A DNA stretch of 64,000 bases. It comes from an uncultured delta proteobacterium. Lineage in GTDB: Bacteria > Desulfobacterota > Desulfobacteria > Desulfobacterales > SG8-13. Location of the stretch: positions 1 to 64,000 of the forward strand of contig CAWKCK010000001.1 of NCBI GenBank assembly GCA_963848135.1. Direction: 5' to 3'. Below the pieces are notes generated by a model. It was given only the letters and a program-made list of their open reading frames with translations. It ran no database searches and was not told where the DNA came from. How positions within the stretch are numbered: position 1 is the first letter of the stretch; each line of letters begins with the position of its first letter. Shown one piece after another: positions 54,127 through 61,765 of the stretch. Position numbers and translations under genes: made by a program.

Positions 54127-54414
54127 TTAGCTGAGCCCTCGGGGAGTTTTCACCATCCGGTAGCGGAGAGAATAATCAGCGACTTCAGCGCGCAAACTCA
54201 TGCATAAGGCAACCTAAGGAAAGAACAGATTTCATAATGATATAAAACTTCTGAGCTCAGTTCACTTATTGTGATCCGCATCTAATAACCGGGGTTCCCG
54301 CTGTTCTTTCCCAAAGTTGCCTAATGCATTCGGACAGTGCACGCTTTCGCTGCTGATCATTCCCTCCGCTCTGGTTCAGCATTTGCGGGAAAAACTCCCC
54401 GACCCCTGATTTAG
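54127..54414 (-). mobile_element. About 285-bp foldback MITE-like element, copy 2 (inverted)
   Basis: Reverse complement of 52052-52337 with few substitutions. Confidence 0.85.
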
Positions 54415-54461
54415 CTGTATTCGGCGGCTCCTCAGAGAAACAATGGAAGAGACACGCCCGC

Positions 54462-54490
54462 TTGACAGCGTATACCTTAATGTATACGTT
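54462..54490 (+). promoter_or_regulatory. sigma70 promoter of otnK with GntR-like operator
   Basis: TTGACA-17 bp-TACGTT with CGTATAC-N6-GTATACG palindrome at 54469-54488. Confidence 0.7.
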
Positions 54491-54609
54491 AATCATAAAT
54501 AGTATCAAGTCAACGATACAGGCGCCAATGCGTGACGACGCTGGGAATCAGAAACGTTGCCTGCAGAGGTATCGCCTGAAAAATTCATGAAATCTTATTC
54601 AGACCCTAT

Positions 54610-55896
54610 ATGCAGGCTCTCGTGAAACCATTGCTGGGTTGTATTGCCGATGATATTACCGGGGCGACGGATCTTGCCCTTATGTTGGGCCGCAACGGCA
54701 TGCCGGTGGTCCTGTATATTGGTTTGCCGGATGAGGCGGGGATGGAACCGGATGCGGCTGCCGTGGTCATCGCGCTGAAGAGCCGCTCATCTCCCGCCCC
54801 GGAAGCGGTTGCTACAAGCCTTACCGCTGCGCGATGGCTAAAAAAGAGAGGTGTCCGGCAACTGTTTTTCAAGTACTGTTCAACCTTTGACTCGACCGAT
54901 GCCGGCAACATCGGACCCGTGGCCGAGGCCCTGCTGACTGAAACCGGTGCCGATTTGGCACCGGTCTGCCCTGCATTTCCAGCGAACTCAAGAACGGTTT
55001 ATATGGGTCATTTGTTTGTCGGCACGCAGCTTCTATCGGAATCGAGCATGCGGCACCATCCGCTGATGCCGATGACAGACGCCAACCTTGTGCGGATTCT
55101 TGCTCGCCAGTTGCGCCTGCCTGAGACCGCCGGCTTGGTGCCGTTGACCATGATAGAACGCGGCCCCGTCGCTGTCCGCAAAAAATTTCAGGAACTGGTT
55201 CGAGACGGGAAACGATTGGCTGTCACCGATGCCGTGACTGACGCGCACCTTTTCACCCTGAGTGCGGCATGCAGCGACTTACCGTTGCTGACCGGTGGCT
55301 CCGGTCTTGCTATGGGGCTCCCTGCAAATTTCAGAAATGCCGGATTACTCGAATCTGTCAGCGGGTTGGTCGACATCGACCGATCATCGGATCCGGCGCT
55401 GGTTCTGGCTGGCAGTTGTTCTTCCGCCACCCGCACCCAGGTTGAATATATGGCCGAAAAATATCCGGCCCTGGCCTTCGAACCGTTGGCTTTCTCCCGA
55501 GGCCGCCAGAGCATAGATGACATAATCGACTGGGCGTCGAAACACATGGCCGGCGGTCCGGTGTTGATTTATTCCTCCGCCCTGCCGGATGACGTTAATG
55601 CGGTGCAGTCCCAACTGGGACGGCAACACGCCGGCAAACTTGTGGAAAATGCGCTGGCCGAAATCGCCGTCGGCCTCCGAGCCAAAGGGTTTCGCAAGTT
55701 CGTTGTGGCGGGCGGAGAAACATCGGGTGCTGTGCTGACGTCTCTGGGTATCCGCAGGCTTCGAATCGGTCCCGAAATTGCGCCCGGCGTTCCCTGGACA
55801 ATCAGTTTGGATACCCCCCGGGTTTTATTGGCACTCAAATCGGGAAATTTCGGCAGCCAAGACTTCTTTACGAAAGCACTGGAGATGGTCACATGA
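54610..55896 (+). CDS. otnK: 3-oxo-tetronate kinase (DUF1537 four-carbon acid sugar kinase)
   Basis: GCIADDITGATD, KYCSTFDST.GNIGP, GSCS.AT, AGGETSG, LKSGNFG. Confidence 0.9.
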   Translation: MQALVKPLLGCIADDITGATDLALMLGRNGMPVVLYIGLPDEAGMEPDAAAVVIALKSRSSPAPEAVATSLTAARWLKKRGVRQLFFKYCSTFDSTDAGNIGPVAEALLTETGADLAPVCPAFPANSRTVYMGHLFVGTQLLSESSMRHHPLMPMTDANLVRILARQLRLPETAGLVPLTMIERGPVAVRKKFQELVRDGKRLAVTDAVTDAHLFTLSAACSDLPLLTGGSGLAMGLPANFRNAGLLESVSGLVDIDRSSDPALVLAGSCSSATRTQVEYMAEKYPALAFEPLAFSRGRQSIDDIIDWASKHMAGGPVLIYSSALPDDVNAVQSQLGRQHAGKLVENALAEIAVGLRAKGFRKFVVAGGETSGAVLTSLGIRRLRIGPEIAPGVPWTISLDTPRVLLALKSGNFGSQDFFTKALEMVT

Positions 55897-56531
55897 AGGA
55901 ACGTGAACTGAGAAACCAACTGGTAGCGCACGGTAAATATCTGTCGATGCGAGGATACAGCCCGGGCACTTCAGGAAACCTGAGTGTTCGCCTCGAAAAC
56001 GGATTCTTGATGACGCCCACCAATTCGTCTCTCGGATGGTTGGAACCGGAGCGGTTAGCGCGGCTCGATGCCGAGGGCCATCACATCGATGGCGACAAAC
56101 CGTCCAAGGAAGTGGTTGTGCATCTTGCCATGTATCGCCGACGTTCGGCCGCAGGTTCCGTGGTTCATTTGCATTCGCCCTATTGTATGGCGGTCTCCTG
56201 TCTCGATGGGCTCGACCCGGACAATGCCCTGCCGCCCCTAACGCCATATTATGTCATGCGGATCGGGCGGTTACCTCTGCTGCCCTACTTCAGGCCGGGG
56301 GATACCGCGCTGGCAAACGCCGTCGAAAAGGGTGCCGCAGAGAGCCATGCACTGCTTCTCGCCCACCATGGGATGATCGTGTGCGGTCAGGATATGGGGA
56401 TGGCCGTTGCAGCGGCCGAAGAGCTGGAGGAAACAGCCCGCCTTTTTTTATTGGTGAAAGACCGACCATACCGGCAGTTGAATACCGCCCAGGTGGCCGA
56501 ACTCGAAGAAACATTTCCCCGCAACATCTGA
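55893..56531 (+). CDS. otnC: 3-oxo-tetronate 4-phosphate decarboxylase (class II aldolase)
   Basis: GTSGNLS, KPSKE, VVHLHS, LTPYYVM, LLAHHG, EELEETA; ATGA overlap with otnK. Confidence 0.88.
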   Translation: MKERELRNQLVAHGKYLSMRGYSPGTSGNLSVRLENGFLMTPTNSSLGWLEPERLARLDAEGHHIDGDKPSKEVVVHLAMYRRRSAAGSVVHLHSPYCMAVSCLDGLDPDNALPPLTPYYVMRIGRLPLLPYFRPGDTALANAVEKGAAESHALLLAHHGMIVCGQDMGMAVAAAEELEETARLFLLVKDRPYRQLNTAQVAELEETFPRNI

Positions 56532-56624
56532 GGCGTGGCCTCAACGGCATTGAGAGATGAGAAGGATCATTTTTACCGCCGATCCCATCTTTACGTTTTT
56601 AGATGGCACCGCAAGGAGACAACG

Positions 56625-56915
56625 ATGTATGTTGTAACCGTTGAATTCAAAGTGAAAAATGAACATGCTGCGTCCTTCCGAAAGGCGGTGCTGCAGCAGG
56701 CGCACAACACGCTCTCCCGTGAATCGGATTGTCACCGGTTCGATGTTTGCGTCGATCCAAAGGATGAGAAAAGGGTTTTCCTTTATGAAATCTATACGGA
56801 TGAGAATGCATTCCAGGAACACCTGCAATCGGATCACTTCAGCAATTTCAACGGAAAAGTCAAAGACTGGCTGGACCGTAAATCGATTCAAACCTGGGTT
56901 GGACCTGAAGAATAA
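56625..56915 (+). CDS. ABM-family (quinol monooxygenase/LsrG-like) protein
   Basis: SD AAGGAG; FLYEIY...AFQEHLQSDHF. Confidence 0.85.
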   Translation: MYVVTVEFKVKNEHAASFRKAVLQQAHNTLSRESDCHRFDVCVDPKDEKRVFLYEIYTDENAFQEHLQSDHFSNFNGKVKDWLDRKSIQTWVGPEE

Positions 56916-57040
56916 TTGAAGGGTCGCGGAGTGTTTCCGTAGCCGCCATGGAGGAAAGGGTGACCAGCGATTTCAGTCCGCAAACTCGCGCCTAAGTAGC
57001 CTTAGTATTCGGAGGGAATCTTCTTCGGAGAATGGACGGG

Positions 57041-57436
57041 TTAGTCCTTTGTATAGTAGACGCCGGGTATCCAACTTTTGTGTATTTTCAGTGTTTTATT
57101 CTCTTTTTGTTCTTTCGTGTCGACAAACCTGAAGGTGGTCCAGCCGATCCGAATCAGGTCTTCGTTCGCCAATCTCTGACGGGTGACAATCTGATCGTTG
57201 ACATAGGTGTTGTTCGTACTGCCCAAGTCTCTGATGAAATATCGACGGCTGTCCGGTTGATCCGGGTCTGAGACGGTTTCCACCACGGCATGTTCCAGGC
57301 TGACAACTTTGTCATCAATGAAGATTTCACTGTCCGGGTCACGGCCGATGCGGTTGACCGGTTTTTCCAGTGGAAATTTGGCGATGACCACTCCGTCATG
57401 CAGCTGAACCATCGATGCGGCGTCACTCTCTTTCAC
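57041..57436 (-). CDS. FHA-domain protein
   Basis: IGR, VSLEHA, DLGSTNNTYVN. Confidence 0.9.
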   Translation of the reverse strand: MKESDAASMVQLHDGVVIAKFPLEKPVNRIGRDPDSEIFIDDKVVSLEHAVVETVSDPDQPDSRRYFIRDLGSTNNTYVNDQIVTRQRLANEDLIRIGWTTFRFVDTKEQKENKTLKIHKSWIPGVYYTKD

Positions 57437-57637
57437 GGTGCGTTCAACCTCTCTATTCTGGTTTTACATCAGAATTACAAAACCCACTTAAATAAAATAC
57501 CCCATTTATCCATAATGATCAAACGGATTCGGCCAGCGGGCACTTCCTGATTAATATCGGTAACCTCTTAGCTTATCCGGGGAGACGACCCAAGTCTGAC
57601 AGTTCCAGCAGTCCACAATTTCCAGAAATGATGATTA

Positions 57638-58573
57638 TCAGAATTTAATTTTGCCGCCGGCCCGTTTCTCGAGGGGTAACAGGCAGTTGTAGATAAATGT
57701 GTTTACCGGTGTGGGGACGCCGGCCTCGCGGCCGATACGCGCAACCGCACCGTTCCAGGCGTCGAGTTCCGATGGCCGGTCGGCGGCGATATCCCGCTGC
57801 AAAGACGCCGTTCCAACCGCTGGCAGGCTGTCGACGAACGCCATGGTGGTCGCGACGACATCTTCAGGCAGACGGACACCGCAGGACAGGGCCAGGCGGT
57901 GGATCTCCTCCATGGCAGTCATCATCATTTTACGTGTCTGGGGCAGGCTGCGCAACACACCGAGCGGCGCCCGCGTAACCGCACCCATCCCACCCCAGGA
58001 AACGACAAATAGAAATTTGGACCACAGGGCGGCATGGATGTCCTCCGGCTGGTCCGCCTTTATTCCGGAGGCGGAAAAGATCGCTGTCAACCTTTCTGCG
58101 CGTCGACTGCGGCGATTGTCATGCTCACCGAGGGCGATGTACGGTATGGCGCCGAGGTGGTTTACATGAGCGTAAGCCTCGAGCCGGGCGATGATCTTTA
58201 CCAGTCCGATTACCACATGATTGATACCGAATGACTGTGACAGAATTGTTGGTGCGTCTACACCATTAAGCAGGGGCACCACTACGGTTTGCGGTCCGAT
58301 GAGCGGCGCCATGGATGCTATGGCAGCGTCCAACTGCCAAGTTTTGACCGTTACCAGGACAACATCGACCGGCCCGATCTCCGCCGGCGAATCTGTGGCC
58401 GTGACCTCGGCGATGCTAAAGCCGCCGTCCACACTGTCGACCCGCAGGCCGTCTGTGCGCAGGGTGGCGAGGTTGCGACCGCGAGAGATGAAGATGACAT
58501 CCTGGTTCGACAACGCCAGGCGGCCGCCAAAATAGCCCCCCACGGCGCCGGTGCCGAACACCGCAATTTTCAT
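57638..58573 (-). CDS. panE: 2-dehydropantoate 2-reductase
   Basis: GTGAVGGYFG, LLNG, LWSKF, SLQRD, SELD. Confidence 0.9.
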   Translation of the reverse strand: MKIAVFGTGAVGGYFGGRLALSNQDVIFISRGRNLATLRTDGLRVDSVDGGFSIAEVTATDSPAEIGPVDVVLVTVKTWQLDAAIASMAPLIGPQTVVVPLLNGVDAPTILSQSFGINHVVIGLVKIIARLEAYAHVNHLGAIPYIALGEHDNRRSRRAERLTAIFSASGIKADQPEDIHAALWSKFLFVVSWGGMGAVTRAPLGVLRSLPQTRKMMMTAMEEIHRLALSCGVRLPEDVVATTMAFVDSLPAVGTASLQRDIAADRPSELDAWNGAVARIGREAGVPTPVNTFIYNCLLPLEKRAGGKIKF

Positions 58574-59001
58574 CGCCCTGTACCCCCGGCATTGGATAAG
58601 TTAATTTGGTCATTCAATGTCCAGTAATCGTAAAGATAGCCAACTCCCGCCAAGCCGGCAGTTACCAAATAGAGCAGGCCGGTCAACCATTTGCCCATAT
58701 ACATGCGGTGAATACCGAGCAACCCCAGGAAGGTCAACAGGACCCAGGCCAGGTTATAGTCGATGTCTCCGGCATGAAACCGTACGGCAGTGGTTCGATT
58801 CATGGACGGAATCAAGAAGAGGTCGACCAGCCAGCCGATACCTAATAGTCCAAGGGTGAAAAACCAGATGGTTCCTGAAACCGGTTTACCATAGTAAAAT
58901 CGGTGTGAACCAGTGAAACCGAATATCCAGAGCAGATAACCGATGAAAACACTGTGGGTGGGTGTGCGGTCCTGCACGGTGCCGAATCCTTTCTCCTTCA
59001 T
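58570..59001 (-). CDS. TM2 (NINE) domain membrane protein
   Basis: Two TM2 repeats, GSHRFYYGK and GIHRMYMGK. Confidence 0.9.
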   Translation of the reverse strand: MKEKGFGTVQDRTPTHSVFIGYLLWIFGFTGSHRFYYGKPVSGTIWFFTLGLLGIGWLVDLFLIPSMNRTTAVRFHAGDIDYNLAWVLLTFLGLLGIHRMYMGKWLTGLLYLVTAGLAGVGYLYDYWTLNDQINLSNAGGTGR

Positions 59002-59007
59002 GCTTAT

Positions 59008-59171
59008 CAGGGTGTTGAAAAACTATTGCGCTTGACAATACGGCGTTAATGGCTGAACCGCGGAACCCTACCCCCGCTTCAGCGAAAATGCTCATATAGC
59101 ACACATAAACTCCGCTTTTTAGTCGGATTTGCCTTGTCTTTCCGGCGCTCATGACGTTTTTCAACACCCTG
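59008..59171. mobile_element. 164-bp MITE with perfect 16-bp terminal inverted repeats
   Basis: CAGGGTGTTGAAAAAC ... GTTTTTCAACACCCTG; no coding capacity. Confidence 0.88.
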
Positions 59172-59199
59172 TTAAATGGGTGATACACGGCGGATATGA

Positions 59200-59652
59200 T
59201 TATGGTTGTGTTGCTGCCGCAGCGAAATTTTTCAGAGCGCCGCTGACCTTCTTCAAGACCTCCTGGCAGCCGGTAATGCCGTGCCGCTCAGCAAGATATG
59301 CGGGATCATTATAGGTCAGCCACACCTGTCCCTGGTCATCCTCCCAAATCAACGCTTTCTGGGGCAAGTCGATGGCAACGCTTCGAATGCACACCATCAA
59401 TGGGGTACCGACCTTGGGATTGCCGAATATGACGAGTTCGGTGGGCGGCAGAGCGGTACCGACCTTTTTGGCACCCTCGGCATGGTTGATGCGGTCGAAT
59501 ACGGTCATGCCCTTGGATGCGAGTGTATTCTCGAGCCTGTCAGCGGTGTCTTTGACGCTGTGGGCACTTTTGACAGACACAAGGCCGTTATCAGCGAATG
59601 AAACCGAGACCAGTGAAAGGGCCAACGCCAGTGACGCAATTATGCGAATCAT
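59200..59652 (-). CDS. DUF302 domain exported protein
   Basis: Signal peptide; FGNPKVGTPLM, DLPQKAL. Confidence 0.9.
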   Translation of the reverse strand: MIRIIASLALALSLVSVSFADNGLVSVKSAHSVKDTADRLENTLASKGMTVFDRINHAEGAKKVGTALPPTELVIFGNPKVGTPLMVCIRSVAIDLPQKALIWEDDQGQVWLTYNDPAYLAERHGITGCQEVLKKVSGALKNFAAAATQP

Positions 59653-59697
59653 CAGGTAACCTCCTTTAGTTTCTTTTCTAAGCTCATGATGCCGGCT

Positions 59698-60225
59698 TTA
59701 CGGGGTCTTTTTTGCCGGCCGCGCGAATCTTTCGTCCGCCACCGTGCACGGGGTTAAGTGGCTGGTCTGGCCGAGCCAGCCAATGCGGTCGGCCGGGTGA
59801 TGATCGAACGCCGGGACATAGGGCTTGATATCTATCAGCGGTGTGCCATCGAGGATGTCGATATCTTCTACGGTCAGGATGTTTGCAGATAGTCCCAACA
59901 GTCTGACGACAGAAATTCCGATCGGGTTTGGCCGCCGCGGTGCCCGGGTGGCAAATACACCATGGGGCTGAGCGTCCAGAAACGGGGTGACGATCAGATC
60001 CGAACCTTCTGTCCCGTGGAAATGGTAGAGCAGAATAACATGTGAGAAGCCGTCAAGGTCTTTCAAGCCCGCAGCAAATTCAGGGAACACGTTCACTGTT
60101 CCCTGGACGCCGCGAGCCCCTGACGGTTGGATGGGCATTCCCTTAATCTGCTTGAATGGACTGCGGATACGGCCGATCGGTCGATAGTGCAGTGGGGGGG
60201 GACTCTTTACCATCAACATCCTCAT
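59698..60225 (-). CDS. tsaA: tRNA (t6A37)-N6-methyltransferase TrmO/TsaA
   Basis: GVFATRAPRRPNPIG, DGTPLIDIKPY. Confidence 0.9.
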   Translation of the reverse strand: MRMLMVKSPPPLHYRPIGRIRSPFKQIKGMPIQPSGARGVQGTVNVFPEFAAGLKDLDGFSHVILLYHFHGTEGSDLIVTPFLDAQPHGVFATRAPRRPNPIGISVVRLLGLSANILTVEDIDILDGTPLIDIKPYVPAFDHHPADRIGWLGQTSHLTPCTVADERFARPAKKTP

Positions 60226-60318
60226 GCTTGGTCAGATGAATAACGCTGGGACATTTCTGTTCGGAATACAAAACAATAATGCCGATTTCTTGACGGGACA
60301 ACCACTTTAATTGAGAAA

Positions 60319-61439
60319 TCAGAAACCGATATCGATGTCGAAAAATCCCGTTGCCACCTCTCCGATGGCACTTTCAACGGATGACTCCGCCGCGCTGAAA
60401 GCATCCAGGCTCCTGTCACTGATCATGGTCAATTTTCCGAGGACATAGCGGGTACGACGAACTTTGGCCCAGGGGAAGAGGAGTCCAAGGGATAGGATAA
60501 TGCCGGCGATGTTGGTGAGCCGTAACCACAGCAGGCGACCGGGTTTGAGCCGGCAGTCGAAATGTATTCCCTCAAGACCGGTATGCCCCCAACAGTAATT
60601 GGTCAACTTGGCGAAAAGGAGCTGCTGAATAAAAGTGAATGTGACCGACACCATCAAAATGCCGATGCCCGGTAGCAGTTTAAACAGTAGCGGTGTGTTT
60701 TCGAACGGCAGCACCAGGCTTTTGTATTGAGACAAAAAAACGAAAGCACCGCCGCCGGTTATTATTGCAACGGTTATTAAGACCAGTCCTGCGGAAGAGT
60801 ATGCCCGGTAAAATGGACCTGCGATGCCTGTGAACAGGTTTCGGGATCGGCCGAATGAGAAGTTCTCGAAGAAGTATTTTTTTTTCGGAACACCCAGTAG
60901 GGCACAATCAATCCAAGAGTCAGCGGAATGAGCACTGGAATCAGCAGATAGATTTTATAACTATCCTTGATGGTCCCGCGGAAGTGGAATCGGATGTTGC
61001 GGTAGATGGAATTGTAGGCGTTGAATCGCAACGATTTGTATACCAGGAAGGGGAACAGGAGGTAAAACGCAGCCAAAACGATACTGCTGTAATATGGCCA
61101 GATGGTCTCGACGGCGAGGTACAGCAGCAGGCCGGCTCCGATAATCAGGTTGCCCCGCAATATATACCAGGGATCGGCCCTGTATTCAAACGAGTGTTCG
61201 GCAAGATTCGTGTGGGCGTAGAAATATTGGCGCGTTCGCACTTTGGCCCAGGCTGCATAAATGCCGAAAGTCAATATGGTTAACATCAAGTTGACGATCC
61301 AGATGCGAAAATATTCACCCGTGGTCCCCGAGAACGAGACATTGAAACTCTGGCGGGGGGTGTAGACGATCCCCGGCGGGTCTTTATCAGCTTGAGAGTA
61401 TTCTAAGGTGTTTCCGTTATTCGTATTCACAGGCTTCAC
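60319..61439 (-). CDS. YjgN (DUF898) membrane protein, frameshifted
   Basis: GEYFRIWIVNL..TFGIYAAWAKVR; SLGLLFPWAKVR. Confidence 0.88.
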
Positions 61440-61765
61440 GGATTCGGCTCCGCTTTCGATCTGTGTCTGTAATGTGTGAGTTGAGTTGAGAATACCATGA
61501 ATAATCCGTGTTTAACAGGGTGTTGATGTATACTGTTATTGGTGATCATGCAGCCTCCGGTCGTATCTCCATGGCATCGTTCCGATGACACCCGAAAGAT
61601 GAAAGGACGCATCGCGTGGCGAAACTTGACCGGTATGCCGATCAAGTTTTTGCAAGTGGCGGAAAAACACGCTATAGTCGGCAAAAAAATGCATCCGTTT
61701 AATCATTCTGGAATCTGGAAAACGTCTCACGAACGACACGAATTCAAGCGATGGAGGGAACCGGT

